Positions 9,509-19,777 are shown, counted from the stretch's first letter. The stretch is DNA of 31,556 nt from Candidatus Ratteibacteria bacterium (GCA_049971295.1 JBMFLH010000011.1:1-31556), one strand, 5' to 3'. The notes: a model not told the origin generated them from the sequence alone. Numbers and translations: made by a program.

Positions 9509-11374
9509 ATGTATAAAAATGGAAAAATAATTTTTCTTCATGCTAAGCAGCATGCTGAAGTTTTTTTATCAGCCCAGCCCGCTAATACTGAATGGATTTT
9601 TTTAGGTCGGTCCTTTGTTGAATTATTAAGATTGGAGAGGCATTTTGGAAAGGACAGGCGAATTCCAACAGGCAAATTACTTGATGAAATTGCGTGGGAT
9701 TCTAAAAACCAGTATGTTTACTGGAGTGCTGGTTTTGCCGAAAAATACAGAGACGATATTTCCTGGTGGACATCAAGGGTATGGGAAAGAAATACAATGG
9801 TATCGTCAATCTTTCTTTATCTGTGTTATGTGAAACTTGTTGAAAGAATTATTGAAAAATATCTTTCAGAAAAAAGTCTCCTTATAGTTTGTGAGTCTTC
9901 TGCTCTTTTATTAACATTGAAACAGCATCTTTTGAAAAAAGGATATAACCCGATTATAGCACCTGGCTGGAAAAGATATCTTGTGAGGGAAAAATCATAT
10001 TTGTTTTTGAAGGTTGTTTTTTGCTTTTGCAGGGGAATGAAAAAACTTTTGGTAAAAAGATTATGCGCAAGAGCCACAAAAAAATATCAGAAAAATAGAA
10101 TTCAAAACATTCCTGCCAGACAGCGGATAATAATCCATACATGTGTTGATGACCAATGTCTCGGAAAAAACCATGTTTTTTATGATAGATACTTTCCATC
10201 TTTATCTGAATGGCTTGAAAAAAAGGGTTATGAAGTGATAACAATTCCATGGCTTTATAATGTTACAATGCCATTGAAAGATGCATACAGATGGTTCAGG
10301 ACAAATAGTAAACTGTTCCTTATACCTGAAGATTACTACCAAATTTCTGACTATTTATGGGCTATCGTTCAATTTTTTAGACGAAACAATAAACCCGCTG
10401 GCAAACAATTTATTGATGGAATTGATGTTACACACGTAATCAGGGCAGAAAAAATCAGGCAACTGTTGGAGCCGGATACAATCAATTTTATTCTGTATTA
10501 CGCTTTATTTAAAAGGTTAAAAAAGAAAGGATTTGAGTTTAATTTCTTCATCGACACATTCGAGAACATTATTCCAGAAAAGCCTCAGATTTTGAGTATT
10601 AAAAAATATTTCCCTCAATCAACAACGATTGGTTATCAGCATGCATTAATATTGGCATTACTCCTTACTTATCAAACCACATCTTATGAAAATCAGGCCA
10701 TGCCATACCCTGACTTTATTGTTTCATGCAGCAACTGGACTCGTACAATTTTAATTGAAAATGGTTTTGATGCTTGTCGTATTATTGCTGGCCCATCATT
10801 AAGATATCAGTATCTTTTTCATTCGAAAGAAAAATTTCCACTGACATCAGAGAACAGAAATATTTTAATTATCTGCCCACTGGCAATTGATGCTGCCGTC
10901 GAATTACTTTTGAAAAGTATCGAAGCAATTAAGAATCTTGTAAATCTTTATGACAATGTATATGTAAAAATTCATCCAATGATGATTCCTTCACAATTGT
11001 TGAAGGTTGCAAAGATTGAAAAATTGCCAAAAAAATGGCAGTTTGTTTCTGGCAGAATGGAGCAGTGGCTTGGTAAAAGCAGTTGTGCGGTTTGTATGGA
11101 TAGTTCTGCAATTCTTGAGGCAATTATAGCAGGCCTTCCTTCAGTGATCGTTGGTAGAGAAACAGATTTAACAATGAATCCCCTTGCATGGTTGAAGGAC
11201 CCAGAATTTCAACCAGTATTTGATATGGAACAATTGCACGAAAAAATTGTTAAATGTATGGAAATTACGGATGAAAAGAGAAAATATTTGAAAACAAAAG
11301 GTGAAGAAATGTTAAACAGATTATCAAAAGCAGATGAAGAAAATTTAATGGCTTACACAACTACAAAACAATGA
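9509..11374 (+). CDS. Orphan surface-carbohydrate biosynthesis protein, probable GT-B-fold transferase
   Basis: ~620 aa; YDRYF, IGYQHA, GPSLRY, VKIHP and SSAILEAIIAGLP. Same C-terminal layout as 220-2124. The ATG at 9509 follows the upstream stop. Confidence 0.55.
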   Translation: MYKNGKIIFLHAKQHAEVFLSAQPANTEWIFLGRSFVELLRLERHFGKDRRIPTGKLLDEIAWDSKNQYVYWSAGFAEKYRDDISWWTSRVWERNTMVSSIFLYLCYVKLVERIIEKYLSEKSLLIVCESSALLLTLKQHLLKKGYNPIIAPGWKRYLVREKSYLFLKVVFCFCRGMKKLLVKRLCARATKKYQKNRIQNIPARQRIIIHTCVDDQCLGKNHVFYDRYFPSLSEWLEKKGYEVITIPWLYNVTMPLKDAYRWFRTNSKLFLIPEDYYQISDYLWAIVQFFRRNNKPAGKQFIDGIDVTHVIRAEKIRQLLEPDTINFILYYALFKRLKKKGFEFNFFIDTFENIIPEKPQILSIKKYFPQSTTIGYQHALILALLLTYQTTSYENQAMPYPDFIVSCSNWTRTILIENGFDACRIIAGPSLRYQYLFHSKEKFPLTSENRNILIICPLAIDAAVELLLKSIEAIKNLVNLYDNVYVKIHPMMIPSQLLKVAKIEKLPKKWQFVSGRMEQWLGKSSCAVCMDSSAILEAIIAGLPSVIVGRETDLTMNPLAWLKDPEFQPVFDMEQLHEKIVKCMEITDEKRKYLKTKGEEMLNRLSKADEENLMAYTTTKQ

Positions 11375-12246
11375 AAAAATTCATTAAAGGATTTTTCAGA
11401 TGGTTAAAAATGTTCCCTCGTTGTGTATTTGCTGGATATAGCCAAAAAAAGCATTTGACGGAAATCGAAACCGTAATGGGTAGTTACGATATGGTGAATT
11501 CACCTTCTGAGGATTATTTTAGGGATAGATATCTTGAAATTATCAATGAAATCATTAAACAAAATTTCAAACAGGGCTTTTCTTTAAGAGTACTTGATGC
11601 AGGTTGCGGACAGGGAAGAATAGCAATTGAACTTGCTAAAATGGGGCATATTATTGATGCAATGGACTATGTTGAAGCAACAATTGAAAAAGGGAAAAAA
11701 TACGCTGAACAGATGCATGTGAGCACATTTATTAACTGGCGAATAGGAAAAATTCCAGAGGACCTTTCTTTTTATAAAGATGAGGCATATGATATGGTCT
11801 TGTGTTTGGAGGTTCTTTACATGATGTCTTACAAAGAGTGCCTGATAAGTTTACAAAAACTTTCAAAAAAAGTTAAAAAAGGTGGGGTTTTAATGATTTC
11901 TGTTAGACCGAGGTTTTATTATCTGGCTTATTCTCTTATAAACAGGGACTTTTTGCGGCTGCAGCATGCTGCCAGAAACATGGACTTTTCAGAACTTGGG
12001 CAATATCTGTCGTGGACTGATAAATTCTTGATGGAAAAGGTTTTAAAAAATTCAGGTTTCGAAAATATAAAAGTAATAGGGATAGGAATACTATCAGGCA
12101 TAAAGGGAGATCCGACATCTTTCTTTTGCATGCCTGAATTGCTTTCAGAAAAGGAAAAAAGAATTCTTGCTGACATAGAAGACCTTTACAGCAGTCACTA
12201 CCCTGAAACGGGTAGATACATTGTTTTCTGGGCGACAAAACAATAG
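11371..12246 (+). CDS. Class I SAM-dependent methyltransferase
   Basis: VLDAGCGQG motif I, YDMVLCLEVL and KKGGVL. Confidence 0.88.
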   Translation: MKKFIKGFFRWLKMFPRCVFAGYSQKKHLTEIETVMGSYDMVNSPSEDYFRDRYLEIINEIIKQNFKQGFSLRVLDAGCGQGRIAIELAKMGHIIDAMDYVEATIEKGKKYAEQMHVSTFINWRIGKIPEDLSFYKDEAYDMVLCLEVLYMMSYKECLISLQKLSKKVKKGGVLMISVRPRFYYLAYSLINRDFLRLQHAARNMDFSELGQYLSWTDKFLMEKVLKNSGFENIKVIGIGILSGIKGDPTSFFCMPELLSEKEKRILADIEDLYSSHYPETGRYIVFWATKQ

Positions 12247-12255
12247 GAGCAAACA

Positions 12256-13359
12256 ATGATACCAGTGGCAAAACCATCTGTTGGTGAACAGGAACTTGAA
12301 GAAGTAAGAAAGGTTTTTCAGTCAGGATGGTTGGGGATGGGAGCCTGGGTTAAGCAGTTTGAAGACGAATTAAAAAATTTCATTGGAGCAAAATTTGTGA
12401 TTGCTACCAATACCGGAACCTCTGCAATTCATCTTGCACTTGTTTGTTGCGGTATAAAAAATGGAGATGAAGTTATTGTACCTTCATTGACCTTTGCCGC
12501 AACGATACAGGCAATCGTGGCTACTGGCGCTTTTCCTGTTTTTTGTGATGTTCAGCCAGATACACTGAACCTTGCTCCGGCTGATGTTAGAAAAAGAATT
12601 ACTTCAAAAACTAAAGCAGTTATACCTGTTCATTACAGGGGTTATCCCTGTGATATGGAAGAAATACAAGACATTGCGGAAAAGAATAAATTAAGAATTA
12701 TTCAGGACGCTGCACATGCTTTTGGTTCCAAATACAAAGGTAAAAAAATTGGTTCCTTCGGCGATATTACCTGCTTTAGTTTTGACCCGATAAAAATCAT
12801 TACCTGCGGCGAAGGTGGAGCAATTGTTACGAATGATGACGATGTTGCACGCACTGCTGAAAAAGGGAGAATTCTTGGTATAAGCAGAGATACCTGGTCA
12901 AGGTACAAACATGAAAGAAGCTGGTTTTACGATGTTGAAACAATTGGTTTCAGGTACCATATGAGTAATATCAATGCAGCAATTGGTATTGTTCAAATGA
13001 AGAAATTTGATGGATTTTTGAAAAGAAGGCAGGATATTGTCAGAATTTATGATGAAAATTTGAAACACATAGAAGGGATAGAACTTCTTAAGGCTGATTA
13101 TGAATCAATGGCTCCATTTTGTTATATCATCAGGGCAGAACAAAGAGATGATTTAATGGCTTATCTAAAAGAAAATGGCATAGATACTGGCATTCACTAT
13201 ATTCCCAACCATCTTCAGTCATATTTTTCAAAATACAAAGCATCGCTGCCTGTGACAGAAAAAATCTGGAATGAAATTCTCACATTGCCACTTTATTATG
13301 AGTTAAAAGATGAGCAGGTGTTGATGATATGTGAGAAAATTAAAGATTTTTATTTGTGA
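12256..13359 (+). CDS. DegT/DnrJ/EryC1/StrS PLP-dependent sugar aminotransferase
   Basis: GTSAIHLAL, VPSLTFAAT, DAAHAFG, SFDPIKIITCGEGG (PLP lysine), HYIP and LTLPL; SD AGGAG. Confidence 0.93.
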   Translation: MIPVAKPSVGEQELEEVRKVFQSGWLGMGAWVKQFEDELKNFIGAKFVIATNTGTSAIHLALVCCGIKNGDEVIVPSLTFAATIQAIVATGAFPVFCDVQPDTLNLAPADVRKRITSKTKAVIPVHYRGYPCDMEEIQDIAEKNKLRIIQDAAHAFGSKYKGKKIGSFGDITCFSFDPIKIITCGEGGAIVTNDDDVARTAEKGRILGISRDTWSRYKHERSWFYDVETIGFRYHMSNINAAIGIVQMKKFDGFLKRRQDIVRIYDENLKHIEGIELLKADYESMAPFCYIIRAEQRDDLMAYLKENGIDTGIHYIPNHLQSYFSKYKASLPVTEKIWNEILTLPLYYELKDEQVLMICEKIKDFYL

Positions 13360-13363
13360 AAAA

Positions 13364-14311
13364 ATGCCTACTGTAAGCGTAATAATACCGGTTTATAACG
13401 CAGCCAGGTTTATTGGCAAGACATTGAAAAGTGTTCTGTCTCAAACATATAAGGATTTTGAAGTAATTGTTGTGGATGATGGCTCAACAGATAATTCAGC
13501 AGATATTGTAGAGAACTTTGGTGAACCGAAACTCATTTTGATTAAACAAAAAAACAGGGGGGTTTCAGCTGCCCGTAATACTGGTATAAAAGCATCCAGA
13601 GGAAGATATATCGCATTGCTTGACCACGATGATCTATGGCTACCAGAAAAACTTGAAAAACAAATTCTTTTATTTGAAAAAAATCCTGATGTAGGTCTTG
13701 TTTATTCTGACATAAGTTATATTGATGCTGAAGGTACGCCAATATCATGGATGTTAAAGCAGTTTGAGCCTCATCGGGGTTATGTGTTAAGAGAACTTTT
13801 CGTCAGCGATTTCATACCATGTCTTACTGCTGTTTTTAGAAAGGATGTCCTTGAAAAAACAGGGCCTTTTGATGAAAGATACAGGTATGCTGAAGAATAT
13901 GAATTGTTTTTGAGAATGGCGAGATTTTTTCAATTTGATTTTGTTGATGAAGTCCTTGCCTGTTACAGGGTCCATCAAAACAATCTCAGTAGAAATATCA
14001 TTGATAGCTACCTTGAAAATATTGAAATACTTGAACATTTTTATCAAACGGTTCCTGAGGTGAAAAGTTTTGAATATACTGCGAGAAAAAGAATGGCAAG
14101 CATGTATTTCAACACTGCAAGAAGGTATCAGGTTGAGGAAAAAAATAGAATAGAAGCAATAAAGATGTTTAAAAAATCCCTCGCATATGATAAATCCTTA
14201 AAGGCGATGATTGGTTTTTTGAGTGCCTGTCTGAATATTACTGTTCCAAGAAGATATAGGTTATTGAAATGCTTTAAGCCCAAAAACATTTTTGATGCCA
14301 ATGACAGATAA
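13364..14311 (+). CDS. Glycosyltransferase family 2
   Basis: VSVIIPVYN, VVDDGSTD, NRGVSAARN and LLDHDD. ATG at 13364 just after the DegT stop. Confidence 0.92.
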   Translation: MPTVSVIIPVYNAARFIGKTLKSVLSQTYKDFEVIVVDDGSTDNSADIVENFGEPKLILIKQKNRGVSAARNTGIKASRGRYIALLDHDDLWLPEKLEKQILLFEKNPDVGLVYSDISYIDAEGTPISWMLKQFEPHRGYVLRELFVSDFIPCLTAVFRKDVLEKTGPFDERYRYAEEYELFLRMARFFQFDFVDEVLACYRVHQNNLSRNIIDSYLENIEILEHFYQTVPEVKSFEYTARKRMASMYFNTARRYQVEEKNRIEAIKMFKKSLAYDKSLKAMIGFLSACLNITVPRRYRLLKCFKPKNIFDANDR

Positions 14312-15416
14312 TCAAAAACAGCCTTATAAAATAAGTTTTGTTATATCAAGCCTTGGTTGTGGTGGGGCAGAAAGAATTGTTACCAGGATTGCAAATTCGT
14401 TTTCATCATTGGGAAATTCTGTAAATATCATTACCTTTGATAGCCCTTCAAAAAAGCCATTTTTCGCATTAACTGATTCTATAAATCTTGTTCAATGTGA
14501 TTTGCTTGATGAAGCAGAAAACTTTATGACATCATTGAAGAATAACATAAAAAGAATTCTTGTGATTCGCAGAGTAATAACAAAGATGAGACCGGATATT
14601 GTTATTTCATTTATGGATAGAACCAATGTCATTACTCTGATTGCCACAAGATTTTTAAAAATTCCTGTCATTGTTTCTGAAAGGACAGACCCGATTTTGT
14701 GTTTTCCCGGGGAAATATGGCATTTATTAAGGTTGGTCACATATCCATTTGCCTGCAAAATTGTTGTCCAGACAGAAAAAATCAGGGAAAAATATCCTCT
14801 TTTTTTTCAAAAGAAAATTTCTGTTATTCCAAATCCTGTAATGAAACCAGAAAACAGGGCAGGCCAGAGACAGGGCAATCTTATTGTTGGTGTCGGCAGA
14901 TTATCAGAAGAGAAAAATTTCCAGTTGCTGATAAGAGCATTCGCTAACATACGTAAAAAATATCCACAGTGGCATCTTGAAATTTATGGAGAAGGCCCAT
15001 TAAGAAAACAGTTAGAAAATCTGGTGATTCAATTGGATTTGAAAGAATCAGTAAAACTTCCTGGCGTGCTAAAGGATATTGACCAGCTTTTACAAAAGGC
15101 AGATATTTTTGTATTATGTTCAAAATTTGAAGGATTTCCAAATGTATTATGCGAGGCAATGGCAAGTGGATGCGCAGTAATTGCTACAAAGTGCGATGCA
15201 ACAGGTGAAATTATTGTGGATAATTATAACGGGCTACTGGTTGAGCATGATCTTGGATATCTTGAAAAAGCAATAGAAAGATTGATTGATGAACCCAATT
15301 TAAGAAAAAAACTTGGAGAAAATGCAAAAAAAATAGTAGAAAAATATTCCATGGATGACATTGTATGGAAGTGGTTAAAGCTTATAGAACGCTGTAAATC
15401 TAAATGGAATAATTAA
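14301..15416 (+). CDS. Glycosyltransferase family 4
   Basis: GGAERIV, VSER, VIPNP, VGRLSEEKN and EGFPNVLCEAMASG. Confidence 0.92.
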   Translation: MTDNQKQPYKISFVISSLGCGGAERIVTRIANSFSSLGNSVNIITFDSPSKKPFFALTDSINLVQCDLLDEAENFMTSLKNNIKRILVIRRVITKMRPDIVISFMDRTNVITLIATRFLKIPVIVSERTDPILCFPGEIWHLLRLVTYPFACKIVVQTEKIREKYPLFFQKKISVIPNPVMKPENRAGQRQGNLIVGVGRLSEEKNFQLLIRAFANIRKKYPQWHLEIYGEGPLRKQLENLVIQLDLKESVKLPGVLKDIDQLLQKADIFVLCSKFEGFPNVLCEAMASGCAVIATKCDATGEIIVDNYNGLLVEHDLGYLEKAIERLIDEPNLRKKLGENAKKIVEKYSMDDIVWKWLKLIERCKSKWNN

Positions 15417-15437
15417 AGAATCTTGAGAGATTTGGGA

Positions 15438-15465
15438 TTGACATTTTCCATCTGGTTAAAATAAT
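15438..15465 (+). promoter_or_regulatory. Putative sigma70 promoter upstream of the peptidase
   Basis: TTGACA (15438-15443), 16 nt spacer, AATAAT (15460-15465), in a ~100-bp intergenic gap. SD GGAGG at 15510-15514. Confidence 0.45.
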
Positions 15466-15518
15466 AGGCAGCCAGATTCGTAAAAAGGTTAAACATTTAT
15501 TTTAACCCGGGAGGCGAA

Positions 15519-16391
15519 ATGACAAATATATTGAGTAAATATGGTATGGGCTGGATTCCTGACTATCCGGATATCAGAGATTATACCCAGGATACAAAAG
15601 AAATAAAAGAAACTTTTGGAAGAATAAGACAAAAAATAAAAAATGCTCTGCCAGAAAAAATTGACCTGCGGCAGTGGTGTTCACCTGTTGATAATCAGGG
15701 TTCGTTAGGTTCCTGTACAGCCAATGCAGGAGTGGGAATGATAGAATATTATGAAATGAGGGCTTTTGGAAAATTTATCAAGGCATCACGACTTTTTCTT
15801 TATAAGACAACAAGAAACCTTATGAAAATGAAGGGGGATACCGGTGCTTTTTTGAGAACCACAATGGGAGCAATGGTTCTTTTTGGTGTACCTCCTGAGG
15901 ACTACTGGCAGTATACTGACGATAAAGAAAGATTTGATATTGAACCTCCTGCGTTTTGTTATGCTTTTGCACAAAACTACCAGACAATCAAATATTTCAG
16001 ACACGATGTTTCTGGAATATCCAGAGACGACCTTTTAAAACAGATAAAGTCATACCTTGTATCAGGGCACCCATCAATGTTTGGTTTTTCTGTTTATACC
16101 TCAATCAGGGAGGCAGAGAAAACAGGCAAAATTCCATTTCCATCGCAAAAAGAAAAGGTTCTTGGTGGACACGCAATTATGACAGTTGGATATGACGATA
16201 AGATAAAAATAAAAAATCCCTATTCTGGAAACGAGACAATCGGTGCGTTGTTAATCCGCAATTCCTGGGGCGATACCTGGGGCGAAGAGGGCTATGGCTG
16301 GCTTCCTTATGAATATGTCCTTACTGGTCTGGCGCAGGATTTCTGGTCAATATTAAAAAAAGAATGGATTGATACTGCTCAGTTTGAATAA
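15519..16391 (+). CDS. Papain-like C1 family cysteine peptidase (xylellain-like), no signal peptide
   Basis: LPEKIDLR, QGSLGSCTANA (oxyanion Gln and catalytic Cys), GGHAIMTVGY (His) and IRNSWG..WGEEGY (Asn). Confidence 0.93.
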   Translation: MTNILSKYGMGWIPDYPDIRDYTQDTKEIKETFGRIRQKIKNALPEKIDLRQWCSPVDNQGSLGSCTANAGVGMIEYYEMRAFGKFIKASRLFLYKTTRNLMKMKGDTGAFLRTTMGAMVLFGVPPEDYWQYTDDKERFDIEPPAFCYAFAQNYQTIKYFRHDVSGISRDDLLKQIKSYLVSGHPSMFGFSVYTSIREAEKTGKIPFPSQKEKVLGGHAIMTVGYDDKIKIKNPYSGNETIGALLIRNSWGDTWGEEGYGWLPYEYVLTGLAQDFWSILKKEWIDTAQFE

Positions 16392-16437
16392 TCCTGTTGC
16401 TCATTATCGTATAGATATGAGTTGATTTGGATAAAAA

Positions 16438-17541
16438 ATGATAAAAATTTGTTATGTGGTTGGAACTTTGGAAGTTGGTGGGGCAGAAAAACAGTTGCTT
16501 ATGCTGGTAAATCATATGGATAGAAAACGGTTTCTGCCGGTTGTTATTGCTTTGAGAGATGGAAGAATGAGAAACGAGTTTGAGTCTTCAGGTGTTAAAC
16601 TATATGTGGCAGGGAAAAAATGGAAGTTTGATTTATTTTTCTTTTTCCGGCTCTATTTAATTCTTAAACGAGAAAAGCCACATATTCTTCATACATTTAT
16701 GTTTACCTCCAACACCTGGGGGCGACTTGCCGGGATTCTGGCTCATATTCCTGTTATTATTGCTTCTGAAAGGAGTATGGATTTATGGAAAAAAATACAT
16801 CATTTTTTTATTGATGGCTTTTTTGCTTATTTTACAAAAAAAATTGTTTGTAATTCAGATGAGGTAAGACGGTGGTATATAAATAAGCTGAATATTTTTT
16901 CTGAAAAATTTATGGTTATTTATAATGGGATTGATATAGAAAAGTACGAAACACTGAAGGATGAAAATTTTAAAAATTTATCTGGTTTAATGGATAAAAA
17001 AATTGTGTTGACCGGTGGACGTTTGTCAGGTGAAAAGGGGTTGAAGTATTTCATATATGCAGCAAAAAAGGTTATTCAACAATTACCCGAAACAGTTTTT
17101 ATCATTGCAGGAGAAGGACCAGAAAAAAACAGTCTAAAACATATGAGTGATTCCCTGAGATTATCAGAAAATATAATTTTCACAGGATACAGAAAAGACC
17201 TTCCAGTATTGATAAAAAATTGTGATGTTGCGGTTCTTTCTTCCCTGTGGGAGGGTATGCCAAATTTTATTCTTGAAGCAATGTCGATGAAAAAGCCTGT
17301 TGTTGCAACAGACATTGGCGGAACAAAAGAAATTGTGGTGGATGGAGAAAATGGCTTTCTTGTTCCTGTAAAGGACTTCGAGTGTCTTGCGGAAAAAATA
17401 ATATTCATCCTTAAAAATCCATCTATCTCTGAGAAAATGGGAGAAAAAGGGTATAAAATAGTAAAAGAAAAATTCTCTTTAGAAAAAATGATAAAAAACT
17501 ATGAAAACCTGTATACAGGTTTATTACATTACCAATCCTGA
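16438..17541 (+). CDS. Glycosyltransferase family 4
   Basis: GGAEKQL, VIYNGID, GRLSGEKG and EGMPNFILEAM...VVATDIGG. Confidence 0.92.
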   Translation: MIKICYVVGTLEVGGAEKQLLMLVNHMDRKRFLPVVIALRDGRMRNEFESSGVKLYVAGKKWKFDLFFFFRLYLILKREKPHILHTFMFTSNTWGRLAGILAHIPVIIASERSMDLWKKIHHFFIDGFFAYFTKKIVCNSDEVRRWYINKLNIFSEKFMVIYNGIDIEKYETLKDENFKNLSGLMDKKIVLTGGRLSGEKGLKYFIYAAKKVIQQLPETVFIIAGEGPEKNSLKHMSDSLRLSENIIFTGYRKDLPVLIKNCDVAVLSSLWEGMPNFILEAMSMKKPVVATDIGGTKEIVVDGENGFLVPVKDFECLAEKIIFILKNPSISEKMGEKGYKIVKEKFSLEKMIKNYENLYTGLLHYQS

Positions 17542-17549
17542 TAAATCTT

Positions 17550-19448
17550 ATGTGCGCAATATGTGGAATTGTTAGAAAAGAAAAAAGGCTTTCAGAAGAT
17601 TTGATAAAGAAAATGACTTCCACAATGATTCATCGTGGACCTGATGAACAGGGATATGAGTTTTTTGAAAATGCGTGTCTTGGACACAAAAGACTGAGTA
17701 TCATAGACCTTACAACAGGTAAACAACCAATATCCAATGAGAACAATACTTTGTTTCTGATCTGCAATGGAGAAATTTATAATTTTATCCAGTTAAGGAA
17801 AATACTTCAAAACAGTGGGCATATCTTCAAAACAAAATCAGATAATGAAGTGATTTTGCATTTATACGAACAGTATGGGGCAGGTTGTTTGAAATTCTTA
17901 AGGGGAATGTTTGCTTTCGCGATATGGGATAACGCAAAAAAAGAGTTGTTTCTTGCGCGTGATAGATTGGGAAAAAAACCTCTTGTTTATTCAATAAAAA
18001 ATCATAGCATATACTTTGCTTCTGAAATAAAAGCATTGCTCGAGGTGGACGAAATCTCCAGGGAAATCGACCGCATAGCAATTGATTTATTTCTTACCTA
18101 TCAGGCAATACCTGCTCCATGGACAATATTTTCCAGCATAAAAAAACTCCCCCCAGGGCATTTTCTTTTGTGGAAAGATGGAGAAACGAAAATTGAAAGA
18201 TACTGGCAGATTGACTTTACAAGGAAACTGAAATTAGAAAATGAACGTGAATATATGGATGCGATGTGGGAAAAACTTATTGAAGCCACAAAACTGCGCA
18301 TGATTGCTGATGTTCCCCTTGGCGCTTTTTTAAGTGGAGGTATCGACAGTTCCACGATTGTCGGAATAATGAGTGAGAATTCCACTTATCCGGTAAAAAC
18401 TTTTTCTGTCGGATTTGAAGAAAGTGATTTCAGTGAACTGGATTATGCAAGAATGGTTGCAAAAAAATTTGGAACCGAGCATTACGAATTTATTGTTAAG
18501 CCCGACGTTATTTCAATCTTACCAAAACTTATATGGTACTATAATGAACCATTTGCCGATTCATCAATGGTTCCTACATATTACGTGGCAAGAGAGACAA
18601 AAAAATATGTTACTGTTGCCTTAAACGGAGATGGAGGCGACGAAAATTTTGCTGGCTATACAAGATACTGGCAGACAAAACTTCTTGAAAAAATCTATCG
18701 TGCCTATGGATGCATACCAATGTTCAGGAAGCAAATTTTAAAAACTCTGACAAAATTTCATGAAAAATTACCTTCAAATAACTTTTTCAGAATCTGGAAA
18801 TGGCTGGATGAAACTGAAAAATATGGGTTTGACTACGCATATGCAAGAAGATTGATTTCTTTTACGCGGGATTTTAGATTAAGTATCTATTCAGAAGAAA
18901 TGAAAAGAGAAATTGCTGATTTTGATTCACTGTTTCTTGTGAGAAAAATCTGGGATAGTTCTGGAGACATTGATTTGCTTGAAAAAATGCTTGCAACTGA
19001 TTTTCAAATTTATCTTCCAGATGTGTTGATGGTAAAAATGGATATAGCGACAATGGCAAATTCACTTGAAGCAAGGAGTCCTTTTCTCGACCAGGAATTT
19101 GTGGAACTTGTGGCGTGTTTTCCATCACATTTGAAAATGAGAAACTTTAAATCAAAATACCTGTTGAAAAAGAAATTAAAAAATTTCCTGCCAGAAAAAA
19201 TCATTAAAAGAAAAAAAATGGGTTTTGGGGTGCCGATCGGGAAATGGTTCAGGGATGAATTAAAAACATTTGTCCAGGAAATTTTGTTAAGTAAGGATGC
19301 TCTTTCCAGGGGATACTTTAATCCTGAAGCGATAAAATTGATTGTGAAACAGCATACTTCAGGACAGGTTGACCATTCAGCAAGATTATGGTCTCTCGTG
19401 ATGCTTGAAATGTGGCATAAAATTTTTGTTGACAAAAAAGATTTTTAA
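17550..19448 (+). CDS. asnB: Asparagine synthase (glutamine-hydrolysing) family amidotransferase, probably glycan-modifying
   Basis: N-terminal nucleophile MCAICG, HRGPD, RLSIID, NGEIYN, LSGGIDSS, GDGGDENFAGY, EARSPFLD and KMGFGVP. Confidence 0.92.
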   Translation: MCAICGIVRKEKRLSEDLIKKMTSTMIHRGPDEQGYEFFENACLGHKRLSIIDLTTGKQPISNENNTLFLICNGEIYNFIQLRKILQNSGHIFKTKSDNEVILHLYEQYGAGCLKFLRGMFAFAIWDNAKKELFLARDRLGKKPLVYSIKNHSIYFASEIKALLEVDEISREIDRIAIDLFLTYQAIPAPWTIFSSIKKLPPGHFLLWKDGETKIERYWQIDFTRKLKLENEREYMDAMWEKLIEATKLRMIADVPLGAFLSGGIDSSTIVGIMSENSTYPVKTFSVGFEESDFSELDYARMVAKKFGTEHYEFIVKPDVISILPKLIWYYNEPFADSSMVPTYYVARETKKYVTVALNGDGGDENFAGYTRYWQTKLLEKIYRAYGCIPMFRKQILKTLTKFHEKLPSNNFFRIWKWLDETEKYGFDYAYARRLISFTRDFRLSIYSEEMKREIADFDSLFLVRKIWDSSGDIDLLEKMLATDFQIYLPDVLMVKMDIATMANSLEARSPFLDQEFVELVACFPSHLKMRNFKSKYLLKKKLKNFLPEKIIKRKKMGFGVPIGKWFRDELKTFVQEILLSKDALSRGYFNPEAIKLIVKQHTSGQVDHSARLWSLVMLEMWHKIFVDKKDF

Positions 19449-19453
19449 AAAAT

Positions 19454-19481
19454 TTGCATTAAAAAAAATTTGTGTTATATT
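19454..19481 (+). promoter_or_regulatory. Putative sigma70 promoter with extended -10
   Basis: TTGCAT (19454-19459), 16 nt spacer, TGnTATATT (-10 at 19476-19481), just after the asnB stop. Confidence 0.5.
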
Positions 19482-19765
19482 TTTTATAAATGGAGGAAAA
19501 TAAAAAGATAAAAAAATTTGGAGTAAATGAAAATCCGCAAAAATACCCTTCAGCGGAAATTACCCACCATCATAATTCCTTGAATCAAAAAAATCTGTCA
19601 CCTGATTTTTGTTTTTACAGGACAGCAATTGGGAAAACATAACAAAAAAATTACATTCAACAGTTACATGTTGCCGCTCAGTGCAAGAGGTCGTACAGTC
19701 ATGTTTCAGAAATCTATTGTTTCCGTATTGGTCACTTTATTTGTTTTATTTTTGTTTTAACCCTG

Positions 19766-19777
19766 AAGGAGGTGATC
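19766..19777 (+). promoter_or_regulatory. Extended Shine-Dalgarno sequence
   Basis: AAGGAGGTGATC is a 12-nt perfect complement of the canonical 16S 3' tail. GGAGG lies 8 nt before the ATG at 19781. Confidence 0.85.

Noticed and set aside
19766..19777. 16S rRNA fragment (reverse complement of the anti-SD tail)
   Set aside because: The match is limited to 12 nt with no flanking rRNA similarity; it is better explained as an SD for the ATG at 19781.
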